IMG/VR virus record: IMGVR_UViG_3300028410_000003
Span: 1-38,690 of that record
Strand: one strand, 5' to 3'
From: a virus
Lineage: Duplodnaviria > Caudoviricetes
Length of the DNA: 38,690 nt
The notes below the pieces were generated by a model that was not told the origin of the DNA, ran no database searches, and saw only the letters and a program-made list of their open reading frames with translations. The position numbers and the translations under genes were made by a program. Shown here in pieces: positions 1 to 9,450 of the stretch; position 1 is the first letter of the stretch; every line of letters starts with the position of its first letter.

Positions 1-21
1 ACTCAACGCCAGAAACGCAAG
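1..21. repeat. Terminal 21-bp direct repeat (copy at 38670-38690); circular assembly overlap
   Basis: ACTCAACGCCAGAAACGCAAG is at both ends, and the ORF starting at 38450 continues in frame to a TAA at 72-74. Confidence 0.95.
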
Positions 22-53
22 AAAGAACGTTAGATTTAGCGGCACGAGCAGCC

Positions 54-75
54 ATTAAAACAATAAGAGGTTAAA
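54..75 (+). repeat. 22-bp direct repeat containing an RBS (copy at 37906-37927)
   Basis: ATTAAAACAATAAGAGGTTAAA is identical at both sites, each just upstream of a start codon. Confidence 0.9.
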
Positions 76-80
76 GAATT

Positions 81-629
81 ATGAATTTTAAAAAAGGAAA
101 TGAATTCTGGAAGCAAAGAACAAAACACGGAAGGGATCAAATATTTAAAGATCCTGAATTATTAAAAGAAGCATGTGAAGAATACTTTGAATGGGTACAT
201 AATAACCCCTTAGAGGAAGAAAGGATATTTTGCTCTAAAGGTGATATATGTCATGGGAAAGTAAACAAGATGCGAGCTATGACAATTGAGGGGATGTGTA
301 CCTTTCTTGATATAAGTATCTCTACGTGGTATGAGTGGAAAGATAAAAAAGCCTATGGTTTATCGGAAGTCGTAGCGTGGGCGGGTGCGATAATGCGGAA
401 CCAAAAGCTTACAGGGGCTGCTGCTGATATGTTAAATGCAAGCATTATAGCTAGGGAACTAAGCCTTGTGGATAGTAGCGAGGTGAGGCGAATAGATACA
501 ATAGAGGAGCCAGAAGAAATTGATGATGATGCCCTTGACGCTTTAACAGATGAAGAATTTGAAGAATATGAAAGACTTGTTGCCAAAATTAAACCCAAAA
601 GAAAAGAAGATTCATCAAGCGAAAGCTAG
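81..629 (+). CDS. terS: Terminase small subunit (P22 gp3-like)
   Basis: KGNEFW..R.KHGR N-terminus; RAMTIEGMCTFLDIS and GAAADMLNASIIAREL motifs; directly upstream of terL. Confidence 0.9.
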   Translation: MNFKKGNEFWKQRTKHGRDQIFKDPELLKEACEEYFEWVHNNPLEEERIFCSKGDICHGKVNKMRAMTIEGMCTFLDISISTWYEWKDKKAYGLSEVVAWAGAIMRNQKLTGAAADMLNASIIARELSLVDSSEVRRIDTIEEPEEIDDDALDALTDEEFEEYERLVAKIKPKRKEDSSSES

Positions 630-2007
630 AAGAAACTTCTGGACGTTTAGAACTAGGATAAATAAAAAGCTCAAGGTTGGCTGGTGGCAACTAGAAATTG
701 CTGAAGAATTGCAGCAGCTCCTGAAAGATATGATTGCTGGAACAAAGCCCATCTTAATTATACAAGCACCACCTCAACATGGTAAGTCAGTTCAAATAAT
801 CGACTTCATAGCGTGGGCTATTGGAAAGTATCCACATTTACAACATATATTTGCTTCATTTTCCAAAAGGCTTGGAGTACGTGCAAACTTGCGACTTCAA
901 AGAATAATAAACTCTGAAGAGTATAAAGAAATATTTCCTAAATTCCGTTTACCGACACGAAAAGATGAGGGTTACACCAAAAATATGGAGCTTATAGAAT
1001 TTTTCGGTGAAGAGGGTTCTTTTAGAAATACAACAGTAGGCGGTTCGGTTACTGGTGAATCTCTTGATTTTGGTGTTATTGACGATCCGATGAAAGGACG
1101 GGAGGCAGCAAACAGCGACCTTATAAAGGATAAAACGTGGGAATGGTTCACTGATGATTTCTTTACACGCTTTTCAGAGCTTGCCGGACTTCTTATAATT
1201 GGAACCAGATGGAGTATAGATGATCCAATAGGTAGGTTAATAAAAGGCAATCCTGATAATTTAAGGCTATTGAAATATGAAGCTATTGCATCTAAAGATG
1301 AAAAGCATAGAAAAAAAGGAGAAGTTCTTTTTCCTGAATTAAAATCATTAGAGTTCATTCTTGCAAGGAAAAAATTACAGGGCATTGCAAACTTTGAAGC
1401 CTTATATCAACAAAACCCGCAGGAGGAAGGTGGATCAATATTTAAAGAAGAAGATTTTGGATGGTATAGTCATTACAGAAAATATAAAAGAATTGTTATT
1501 TCATGGGACACTGCAAGCAAAGCAAATCAATTAAACGATCCAACAGTTGCAACGGTATGGGGTGAGCATGAAGCCGGCTATGATTTGCTGGAAGTAGTAA
1601 GAGATAAAATGCTATATCCAAGGTTAAGGCGTGAGTGCAAAAAGTTAGCGGAAAAGTGGAAAGGTAAAGATGAAGTTTACAAGGCACACAAATTATTGAC
1701 CAATTTAATAGAAGATAAATCAAGTGGAATTTCTTTAATTCAAGACATGAAAAATGATACAATGTTTAATATAGTAGCTATTGAGCCAGAAAGTGATAAG
1801 GTTACAAGGGCTTCCACATGCAGTCCACTAGTTGAAGATGGTAAGATTTTTCTAAAAAAGGGTGCGCCTTGGGTTCAAGATTACATTGATGAAATGGTTC
1901 TTTTTCCAAACGCACCACATGATGATCAGGTTGATTCAACTTCGCAGTTTTTAAATTGGGTTGGTGGTGGTGTAGCTAAAATGAATGCAAGTTTTTTTGA
2001 CGATTAA
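550..2007 (+). CDS. terL: Terminase large subunit
   Basis: Walker A-like APPQHGKS, VIDDP Walker B, ISWDTA and FPNAPHDDQVDS nuclease motifs; start may be 568. Confidence 0.95.
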   Translation: MKNLKNMKDLLPKLNPKEKKIHQAKARRNFWTFRTRINKKLKVGWWQLEIAEELQQLLKDMIAGTKPILIIQAPPQHGKSVQIIDFIAWAIGKYPHLQHIFASFSKRLGVRANLRLQRIINSEEYKEIFPKFRLPTRKDEGYTKNMELIEFFGEEGSFRNTTVGGSVTGESLDFGVIDDPMKGREAANSDLIKDKTWEWFTDDFFTRFSELAGLLIIGTRWSIDDPIGRLIKGNPDNLRLLKYEAIASKDEKHRKKGEVLFPELKSLEFILARKKLQGIANFEALYQQNPQEEGGSIFKEEDFGWYSHYRKYKRIVISWDTASKANQLNDPTVATVWGEHEAGYDLLEVVRDKMLYPRLRRECKKLAEKWKGKDEVYKAHKLLTNLIEDKSSGISLIQDMKNDTMFNIVAIEPESDKVTRASTCSPLVEDGKIFLKKGAPWVQDYIDEMVLFPNAPHDDQVDSTSQFLNWVGGGVAKMNASFFDD

Positions 2008-2021
2008 ATTAGGTAGTAGAT

Positions 2022-4253
2022 ATGGCTGTTAAGGATGTGATAAATAGAATTTTAGGTAAAGATGCCCCTTCACCTAAACACTTCAAAGAAGAAGGCTCAA
2101 CAGGTATTGAGATATTTTCCGGCATATACAACGAAGAATATCTTGATAAGTTTGTATCAATGCCGGAAGGGATGGATGTTTTCGATAAAATGAGGCGTTC
2201 GGATTATCAAGTCCAAATGCTTTTATCTGCTGTAAAGAATCCTATTATTTCAGCAAGCTGGGGGGTTGTAGCGGTTGATGATTCTGATGAAGAAGTAGAA
2301 ATTGCGGAGTTTATAAGGTTTGCCCTATTTGAAGATATTTCCTATCCTGATGAATCGAAAAGAAAGACATTTAGAGAGTTTTTAACAGAAGCATTAACTT
2401 CTATAGAGTTTGGCTATTCTTTGTTTGAGCCTGTCTATAAGGTGGTTATGAATCATCCTAAATACGGAAATTATACTGGCTTAAAAGATATCGGTTACAG
2501 ATCCCAGAAAACCATATATGAATGGAATTTAAACCGCAACGGATCAATTAAAGATGTAAGGCAACTTGTCAATGGTGATTTAGCGGTTGATGTTCATATA
2601 GAAGGCAAACATTTAATGCCTATTACCTTTAAAAAAGAAGGTGACAATTACGAAGGCACAAGCATGTTGCGCCCAATTTACGGCAACTATATTAGGAAAG
2701 ATTTTTATTTAAAAATATATGGGATGGGTATTGAGAGAAACGCAACAGGCGTTTTGGTTGGAACCGTTCCGACTTCTTCTCAAGAAGACGAAGAGCAAAT
2801 GACCTTATTTAAAAAAATGCTGAAGTTCTACACGTCCCATCAAAGCACTTATTTACTAAAGCCCGAAGGCTTTGAAATTGACGTGACAAAAATTGACTTT
2901 GACGCAAAAGATGTACTTGATGGCATAAAGTTTGAGGATCAAGCAATGGCGAAAGCTTTCCTTGCGGGCTTTTTAGAGCTCGGCATGGGCGGGCAGGCAG
3001 GCAGTCAGTCATTAGGGCAAGACTTATCAACATTGTTTTTGAACGGCATTGAAATATATTCTGAAACCATAGCGGACGCATTAAAAAATCATATTGTTAA
3101 GAAGTTGGTTGATGCGAAATATGGAAAGCGAGTCCAATATCCACAAATAAAAGCTGCTGACGTAAACAACAAAAACGGAAAAGAACGTGCTGAAATTGCG
3201 GTTATGTTGAAGAATGCTGGCATAACAAGAGAATCTGACCAGTTAGAAGATGAAATGAATCGTGCATATGATTTCCCTGTAATAACGCAAAAACAGAAAG
3301 ATGCAGATGAAGCTGCTGGAAAAGGCAGAAAGGCAACAGGAAAGATTAACCCTAACGAAGATTCAAAAGACGAAGAAGAGCCAAAAGAAAAGCCTGTAAA
3401 AAAAAAGCTAAATGATATAGCAAAATTTGCTGATGCAGATAATGCCTCTTTGTTTATTAAGCAGCGTGCAAAAGCTGTTCACGTCTTAATGCAAACACAA
3501 TTAGAAGAAAGAGTTGCAAAATATTTAACGAAAATAACCAAATCATTTAAAGCAGAAGATAACATTGCCAAAAGAAGAAAAATATTAAGTGAAACCGAGA
3601 TTCCTTCAAAGACACAATATAAAAAAGAACTACGTTTAGAAATGGCTCAACTTTCAGAAGTTGCGACAAAAAACGTTTTGAAGGAAGTTAACAAAGAAAA
3701 TCTAAAGTTTGATGAATACACAGATTTGTTAAAAACATTGCCAAAAGCTTTAAGGGATCAATTAACCTCAAATATTGATGAACTGGTAAAGGATCAAGAT
3801 GTAGAATTAAGAAAACGTATGTTCTTTATTGCCTCGCAGAAACTCGATACAACAGATAGCGTGGCAGCCTTGATTGCCGATATGGACAAAGCCGCAGCAT
3901 CATATACAGCAACAGGAGTTCTACAAACAACGGCAACAAATGTAACGTCAAGCGCAGTAAATAGCGCAAGAAATGCAGTGTTTCAAACGCCTGAGGTTTT
4001 TGAAGAAATAGAATCTTTTGTAATTGTAAACCCTTCACCTGATGCGGCTATATGTAAAGAGCTAACAGGGCGTGTATTTAGCAAGGCTCAATATGACACT
4101 GAAGATTTACCGCCTTATCATCATAACTGTGAAACTACGGTTCGAGCGCAGCTAATAGGGCAAAAGAATATAAAACCTATAGATCCAATAGGATTAAGAC
4201 CAACTGGATCTAGCGAAGAAATAGAAAAAATACTTAAAAGTAAAACTTTCTAA
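2022..4253 (+). CDS. Portal protein (Mu gp29/DUF935-like) fused to a C-terminal MuF/SPP1 gp7-like minor head domain
   Basis: Follows terL; SIEFGYSLFE and GTSMLRPIY portal motifs; C-terminal C.EL.GRVF...PPYHHNC MuF motif; charged linker at about aa 425-465. Confidence 0.85.
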   Translation: MAVKDVINRILGKDAPSPKHFKEEGSTGIEIFSGIYNEEYLDKFVSMPEGMDVFDKMRRSDYQVQMLLSAVKNPIISASWGVVAVDDSDEEVEIAEFIRFALFEDISYPDESKRKTFREFLTEALTSIEFGYSLFEPVYKVVMNHPKYGNYTGLKDIGYRSQKTIYEWNLNRNGSIKDVRQLVNGDLAVDVHIEGKHLMPITFKKEGDNYEGTSMLRPIYGNYIRKDFYLKIYGMGIERNATGVLVGTVPTSSQEDEEQMTLFKKMLKFYTSHQSTYLLKPEGFEIDVTKIDFDAKDVLDGIKFEDQAMAKAFLAGFLELGMGGQAGSQSLGQDLSTLFLNGIEIYSETIADALKNHIVKKLVDAKYGKRVQYPQIKAADVNNKNGKERAEIAVMLKNAGITRESDQLEDEMNRAYDFPVITQKQKDADEAAGKGRKATGKINPNEDSKDEEEPKEKPVKKKLNDIAKFADADNASLFIKQRAKAVHVLMQTQLEERVAKYLTKITKSFKAEDNIAKRRKILSETEIPSKTQYKKELRLEMAQLSEVATKNVLKEVNKENLKFDEYTDLLKTLPKALRDQLTSNIDELVKDQDVELRKRMFFIASQKLDTTDSVAALIADMDKAAASYTATGVLQTTATNVTSSAVNSARNAVFQTPEVFEEIESFVIVNPSPDAAICKELTGRVFSKAQYDTEDLPPYHHNCETTVRAQLIGQKNIKPIDPIGLRPTGSSEEIEKILKSKTF

Positions 4254-4303
4254 TTAGAGCTAACTTTTCCTAATTAAAGAATCCGTACATTCAAATTGAT
4301 ATC

Positions 4304-4492
4304 TTATTTTGAATGTACGGATTTCCATATTTCATAAGTAGCGTTAATTTTATCAACAACGTCTGGCTTCATTTTATGTTGCCCTGTAGCCCAACGCCTT
4401 ACAGTTGACTTATTTACTCCTAACATATTTGCGAGGGTGCTTTTCCAATGCAGCATCCCCCATAAATCTATAGCTTGTTCTTGCCACGTCAT
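4304..4492 (-). CDS. Small XRE/Cro-like HTH protein
   Basis: LANMLGVNKSTVRRWATG helix-turn-helix. Confidence 0.75.
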   Translation of the reverse strand: MTWQEQAIDLWGMLHWKSTLANMLGVNKSTVRRWATGQHKMKPDVVDKINATYEIWKSVHSK

Positions 4493-4552
4493 AATCTTTT
4501 CTGTCTTGTTCTTGTTTAAGTGATAAAGTGTGTAAAACTATAAAGTGTTAAG

Positions 4553-4576
4553 CACATTGTTAACATAAACAATGTG
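4553..4576. promoter_or_regulatory. Perfect 9-bp inverted repeat, putative operator
   Basis: CACATTGTT-N6-AACAATGTG, about 60 bp upstream of the HTH gene. Confidence 0.5.
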
Positions 4577-4614
4577 GAAACAATAAAAACTTGTAACATA
4601 GTGTAAGCCTCCGT

Positions 4615-5337
4615 TTATGTAATAGTATGGCTAATCAGTTCGATTAATTTCTTTGCTGGTGCGGTTCGAGCAGCATTATAAGCACGAGAAGCAGCACGAG
4701 AAGCACGGGAAGCATCATAAACATCGGCACGATCAGCATAAGCACAAACAGCATAAGTATAAGCAGCATCAGCCGCACAAGCAGCATCATAAACATCGGC
4801 ACGAGCAACATAAGCATAAGCAGCATTATAAGCGGTATAAGCAGCATCACGAGCAACAGAAGCATAATCAGCGGTACGAGCTGCACGAGCAACTTCTTGC
4901 CACTCACTTCTTTCGACAGTTTCACCGTTTATTTTTCTTTGATATAAATCAGCCACATCTTGAACAACTTTCTTGTTCTTGGTGAATTTAATTACTCCAT
5001 GTTCAGGGTCAACAAGTAACCAGTGAACAAATTTATCTGTTACACCTGACAAATCAGAACCCACGTTTACAGCGTTTAGGAAATCAAGGGGAAACTGTTT
5101 TGCCTCTTGATGTGGTAAAGCCTCAAAAATAGAATCTTTTAATCTAGCTAGGGACTCAGGTATCCCAAGCTCAGTCTCATAAGCTTTATGATCATCGGAA
5201 TGTAAAGTACAACCGACTGCACACCCTTTTCCGTTCTCCCAATACGCACCTTTGATTATCTCGTCCGCATCGTAATGAGCTTTTAGACGCTTTACGTATT
5301 TATCTTTAATCTTTTGATCGTTGTGAAAAGTTTTCAT
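4615..5337 (-). CDS. Phage protein with GCAVGC motif and Ala/Tyr/Asp/Arg low-complexity repeat tail
   Basis: AAGGA RBS; globular N-terminus followed by a degenerate NNT-codon repeat at about 4660-4890. Confidence 0.8.
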   Translation of the reverse strand: MKTFHNDQKIKDKYVKRLKAHYDADEIIKGAYWENGKGCAVGCTLHSDDHKAYETELGIPESLARLKDSIFEALPHQEAKQFPLDFLNAVNVGSDLSGVTDKFVHWLLVDPEHGVIKFTKNKKVVQDVADLYQRKINGETVERSEWQEVARAARTADYASVARDAAYTAYNAAYAYVARADVYDAACAADAAYTYAVCAYADRADVYDASRASRAASRAYNAARTAPAKKLIELISHTIT

Positions 5338-5409
5338 GTTTTAATCCTTGTTTGTGTTTTTATAGAACCCCTCAAGCCTCTTCATATGCTCAACCCGAGG
5401 GGTCACTTT

Positions 5410-5661
5410 TTATTTATGAAATTCTTGATAAACTGTGTCACACAAAACATCTGCAACCTGTGAGTGAGTTCTTAAACCCTGACGCATAATAGTATCGTTA
5501 ACTTTGTTTAAATGCGCTAAACTAGCCTCTATTGCCTCTTCAAGAGTTAATTCATGCCTAATAACTTTTTTCAGAAATTTTTCTTTTAAGATAGTAGCCA
5601 CTGAGCCAGTAAAATCTGTAAAATCAGCGTTTGTCATTTGTAATTCTTTTTGTAAATCCAT
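5410..5661 (-). CDS. Hypothetical protein, first gene of the inverted cassette
   Basis: 83-aa ORF directly downstream of the predicted promoter at 5737-5709. Confidence 0.7.
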   Translation of the reverse strand: MDLQKELQMTNADFTDFTGSVATILKEKFLKKVIRHELTLEEAIEASLAHLNKVNDTIMRQGLRTHSQVADVLCDTVYQEFHK

Positions 5662-5708
5662 AATCTTATTCTCGATATTTCCAGCGGCTTAATTGCCTGC
5701 CTGATACA

Positions 5709-5737
5709 ATTGTAATCTATTAACGCCCATAAGTAAA
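5709..5737 (-). promoter_or_regulatory. Sigma70-type promoter of the inverted cassette
   Basis: TTTACT-N17-TACAAT; AACGCC/GGCGTT inverted repeat flanks the -35; followed by a GGCAATTAAGCC leader hairpin. Confidence 0.65.
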
Positions 5738-5797
5738 GGCGTTTATTGTTTTATTTTGCACTTTTAATCTACAACTAATAGCTGTGATTAATTTTAA

Positions 5798-5826
5798 TGT
5801 ACAATTCTGTTCTGTTAATATACTAT
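5798..5826 (+). promoter_or_regulatory. Possible promoter for the head genes
   Basis: TGTACA-N17-TACTAT upstream of the protease gene; weak -35 in AT-rich DNA. Confidence 0.35.
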
Positions 5827-5875
5827 ATATAGTAGTTACTATTTAAGATGCTGGTAATATTTAGGGTATATTTAC

Positions 5876-6862
5876 ATGTCAAAAAACATTCATTTCGCTT
5901 TACAAGAGGTAACAGAAGATAATCTTGAATGGGTTGAAATAATCCGTAAAGGCAAATTTAATCATAGTTTTTTTGGCAAGTTCGATATTAATGAAGATGT
6001 TTTAAAACAGTTTAAAGCTAACTTTGATAACAAGGCGATGCGTGTAGATATAGCAATTGATTATTTTCACGATGCCTATGCAGAAGCAGCGGGGTGGTTT
6101 AAAGAAATAAAACTTGAAGATGATGGAAAAAAGCTTTTCGCACGTATTGAGTGGACAGATAAAGCAAAGGCAAAGATCAAAGCAAAAGAAATAAAATACA
6201 TATCTGCTGAATTTACTCTTGATTATCAAGACTCAGAAACAGGCAAAGAATACGGCGCTGCATTATTTGGCGCTGGGATAACGAATAGACCGCATGTGAA
6301 AGACATGCAGCCTATATTTTCAGAAACAATTTTTAACAATAAAGACAGGGTAAATAATATGGCTGACTTAAAAGACGTTCTAAAATCTATTGCTACTTTT
6401 ACAGACGCAGAAAAAACAAAAATAGGTGAAGCATTGGGTTTGAAAGCAAATATCGAAGCTGAAACCAAAACACTTTCAGACGCAAAAGCACTAGCTGATA
6501 CAAAGCTTGCAGATAAAACTGCTGATGTAATTCTTTTAACAGATACGGTTAAAAAGCTTTCTACGGAAATTAAGACTTTGACGGAATCAAATGCAAAGCA
6601 AGTAAAAGAAGCTACGTTCAACGCAATGTTTACAAATGGCAAAGTCGTAGAAGCGCAGCGTGTTTCTTTCATGGAGAACGACTTTGCTACTTTTGCAGAA
6701 AAAGCGGTAGCCGGTATTAATTTAGAAGGTGCGGGAAGTGGTGAAAATCCAGCAGATGCAGAAGCAGATATTGCAGCTAAATCATTTTCTGAAAAGTGTA
6801 GTGCTTTAGTAAAGTCTGATGGAATATCATTTTCAGAAGCCGCAAAGATCGTAACTAACTAA
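5876..6862 (+). CDS. Mu-like prohead protease/scaffold
   Basis: IDYFH, AAGWF, IEWT, KYISAEF and AGITNRP motifs, plus a coiled-coil scaffold C-terminus. Confidence 0.9.
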   Translation: MSKNIHFALQEVTEDNLEWVEIIRKGKFNHSFFGKFDINEDVLKQFKANFDNKAMRVDIAIDYFHDAYAEAAGWFKEIKLEDDGKKLFARIEWTDKAKAKIKAKEIKYISAEFTLDYQDSETGKEYGAALFGAGITNRPHVKDMQPIFSETIFNNKDRVNNMADLKDVLKSIATFTDAEKTKIGEALGLKANIEAETKTLSDAKALADTKLADKTADVILLTDTVKKLSTEIKTLTESNAKQVKEATFNAMFTNGKVVEAQRVSFMENDFATFAEKAVAGINLEGAGSGENPADAEADIAAKSFSEKCSALVKSDGISFSEAAKIVTN

Positions 6863-6914
6863 GACTAACTAATAATAGTTAACTATTTTTAACATAAATT
6901 AAGGATTTAAGGAT

Positions 6915-7595
6915 ATGGCTTCTACAGCAACCCTTTCAAGAATTTTAAATCTAGCAGCTGGATCTGATCTTTCTGCTAAACAATACAAAGCCGTTATATT
7001 ATCAGCAGACGGCGCAGTTGATGTTGCCGGTGCTAACGCTTCTATTGTTGGTTTTGTGCAAAACTTGCCAGCCGCAGGAAAATCCGCAGAAATTGCTTCT
7101 GCTGCTGGTGGTGCAACTGCCATAGCTGGCGGAACAATTACAGCTGGCGATCTACTTAAAACTGATTCAGCGGGTGACGTTGTAACGGCTTCAAGTGGTG
7201 ATAACTATTGTGCAATGGCGCTATCAAACGCAGTCGATAACGATCAATTTAGTGTGTTAGTGATACAACCAACTTCAACAGCAACTAACGTTCAGGCGTT
7301 AACAGCTTCGGGCGCGGTTTCTTCTGGCATTCAATCGGTTGAATTGGCTCACAACACAGTTGTTATTGCTGCCACTATAGCGGATTTCGCAAACCATAAA
7401 GGACTCTTTGTTGCGAAAGACACAAGCGCATCAGGAACGGCTTCTCATACACTAACGTTGGCTTCTGGCACATTTGACGGAACAAACAACATTGCAACTT
7501 TTAACGCACCAGATGAAGCCTTAGCGGTTTATGTAGATGTTAGTGGTAACGGCTTTATTCTTGCGAATGTTGGAAGTGTAGGACTAAGCACGTAG
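6915..7595 (+). CDS. Capsid cement/decoration protein (DUF2190-like) with C-terminal extension
   Basis: AGGTITAGDLLKTDSAG motif; lies between protease and capsid genes. Confidence 0.75.
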   Translation: MASTATLSRILNLAAGSDLSAKQYKAVILSADGAVDVAGANASIVGFVQNLPAAGKSAEIASAAGGATAIAGGTITAGDLLKTDSAGDVVTASSGDNYCAMALSNAVDNDQFSVLVIQPTSTATNVQALTASGAVSSGIQSVELAHNTVVIAATIADFANHKGLFVAKDTSASGTASHTLTLASGTFDGTNNIATFNAPDEALAVYVDVSGNGFILANVGSVGLST

Positions 7596-7638
7596 TACAA
7601 TATAAATTTTTTTAATTATAAAAACGAGGGTTTTTAAA

Positions 7639-8571
7639 ATGGGTTCACAACAGACTGCACAAGTCGATAAACTTTTAACGGAAGTATCAAATAAAATAGT
7701 TCCTGATGGGTTTGTTTCAGAAGAAATTTTGCCGATGGTAAAAGTAAAGCAATCATCTGGCAAGCTAGGGTCTTATGGTTCTGGTCACATGCGCATAGTG
7801 ACTACGTTAACTGGTGGAAAAAACCAATATCCACAAGTTGACACACGCCATTATTCAACCGACACATATAGTGTTGATAAGCATGGTTTGAAAGACATTA
7901 TTACAGAAGAAGAGTTTGCTAACGTAGATAAGCCCTTTGACGCACAAGTTGATACAACTGATGAACTAACTGGTTTATTATTACTATCGAAAGAAAAAGG
8001 GTTAGCAGATACATTATCTGATACAGCTATTTTGACAAATAATGTAACACTTTCAGGAACTGATCAATATAATGATTATGCCAATTCAGATCCAATAGGT
8101 GATTTTAAAACCGCAAGAGCTGCAACTTATAACAAGGTTGGTATGGCTCCCGATACTGTTATTTTACCTTGGGCTGTATGGGACACTTTGCGTTATCACC
8201 CAAAGATCTTAGAAGTAGGTTATAAATATAACCGCTCCGGACAGCTAACCACTGAAGATTTAGCACATGTGCTAGATGTTAAAAGGGTTCTAGTTGCTAA
8301 GGCGATTTACGAAGCTGCCAAGCAAGGGCAAACTTCTAACATATTGCCTGTATGGGGAAAGCATATTGTATTTTGTGTTGCTCCTCAAAAAGCTTCAAAG
8401 CGTCAAGTTTCACTAGGTTATAGATTTCAACAATTTGCTGATTCTCGTAGAGTGTTTAAGCATGAGGTTAAAGATCCTGTAAATGCAATGAAAATAATGG
8501 TTGATGATAGTTATGATCAACTGATTGCAAATCCAGACGCTGGATATCTAATTAAAGATGCGATTCAATAA
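7639..8571 (+). CDS. Major capsid protein
   Basis: 310 aa; D.LLT.VS start, SDPIGD, LRYHPKI, WGK and AGYLIKDAI end; GAGG RBS; followed by a terminator. Confidence 0.9.
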   Translation: MGSQQTAQVDKLLTEVSNKIVPDGFVSEEILPMVKVKQSSGKLGSYGSGHMRIVTTLTGGKNQYPQVDTRHYSTDTYSVDKHGLKDIITEEEFANVDKPFDAQVDTTDELTGLLLLSKEKGLADTLSDTAILTNNVTLSGTDQYNDYANSDPIGDFKTARAATYNKVGMAPDTVILPWAVWDTLRYHPKILEVGYKYNRSGQLTTEDLAHVLDVKRVLVAKAIYEAAKQGQTSNILPVWGKHIVFCVAPQKASKRQVSLGYRFQQFADSRRVFKHEVKDPVNAMKIMVDDSYDQLIANPDAGYLIKDAIQ

Positions 8572-8577
8572 AAAAAA

Positions 8578-8609
8578 GGGGTAGGGCTTTGGCTTTACCC
8601 CAACTTTTT
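8578..8609 (+). terminator. Intrinsic terminator after the capsid gene (possibly bidirectional)
   Basis: GGGGTAGGGC-tttg-GCTTTACCCC with an upstream A-tract and a downstream T-tract. Confidence 0.7.
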
Positions 8610-8631
8610 AAATTCTAAACTAGGTAATGAA

Positions 8632-8988
8632 ATGACTAAAAAAACAGACGCAGAAGCAAAACAACTAGCACAAGAAAAAGAAGAAAAAGCAGCTAAAGTT
8701 CAAGAAGACGCCGCATTACTTGCAGAAATGGAAGCAGAAGACGCAAAAGCAATAGAGGCTGAAGAAGAAGCTTCAAAACTAGATGAAGAACATGAAGCTG
8801 CTACAGAAGCAAGTGAATCAGATATTGCAGAATTGGATGTAGAGCAAAAAGATATTAAAATAACTGGTAAATGTTGGGTGCTAAAACAGAATCTAAAAAG
8901 AAACGGTTTATTTTATGCTAAAGGTAAAGCTTGCCCTGAAAGTAAACTTACAGAATTTGGCAAACTTGGATTCATTAAGGAAGTTTAA
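8632..8988 (+). CDS. Acidic hypothetical head-associated protein
   Basis: 118-aa ORF in the structural operon with a TAAACTAGG RBS. Confidence 0.75.
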   Translation: MTKKTDAEAKQLAQEKEEKAAKVQEDAALLAEMEAEDAKAIEAEEEASKLDEEHEAATEASESDIAELDVEQKDIKITGKCWVLKQNLKRNGLFYAKGKACPESKLTEFGKLGFIKEV

Positions 8989-8991
8989 GAT

Positions 8992-9450
8992 ATGACCTAT
9001 GCGCTGGAATCCGATATTATAGAAGAAATGAAAGGAATTGCTTTTGGCTCAGCGGGGCAAGTTACGTCTGATGCTATAGCGGGTTTTTTAGATCAAGCTG
9101 ATGCACAAATAAACATGTATTTAGGCAAGCGTTACGATACACCTATAACCGGAGCTTCCAGCCTTTTAATCGTGAAGAAAATAGCGGTTGATTTAGTAGT
9201 ATACCGAGCCTCTAAAATATTAAATCTAAAAAAATCAGTTCCTATTCCTGATAGCAATATTCCGCAAGAAATGACAGCAGGCAGCGCATACCGTGAAAGC
9301 ATAAAGACACTAACCATGCTGCGAGATAATAAACTTGATTTACCTGATGAAACAGAAATTGACAGTGTTAGTGGGCTTTCTTCTTTTCATACCGAATCGG
9401 GCAATGCTGGGATAGTTCCTTTTTTTGAAAAAGGGGTTGATCAATGGTAG
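8992..9450 (+). CDS. Head-tail adaptor (Mu gp36/DUF1320-like)
   Basis: MTYA...D start and ADAQINMYLGKRYDTP motif. Confidence 0.85.
   Translation: MTYALESDIIEEMKGIAFGSAGQVTSDAIAGFLDQADAQINMYLGKRYDTPITGASSLLIVKKIAVDLVVYRASKILNLKKSVPIPDSNIPQEMTAGSAYRESIKTLTMLRDNKLDLPDETEIDSVSGLSSFHTESGNAGIVPFFEKGVDQW

Noticed and set aside
1-21. Biological terminal repeat or att core
   Set aside because: The overlap falls inside an ORF, and its 21-bp length is typical of an assembler k-mer overlap
4644-4985. His/Gln/Lys-rich (+) and Leu/Met-rich (-) ORFs
   Set aside because: Shadow frames of the NNT triplet repeat in 4615-5337; no supporting RBS
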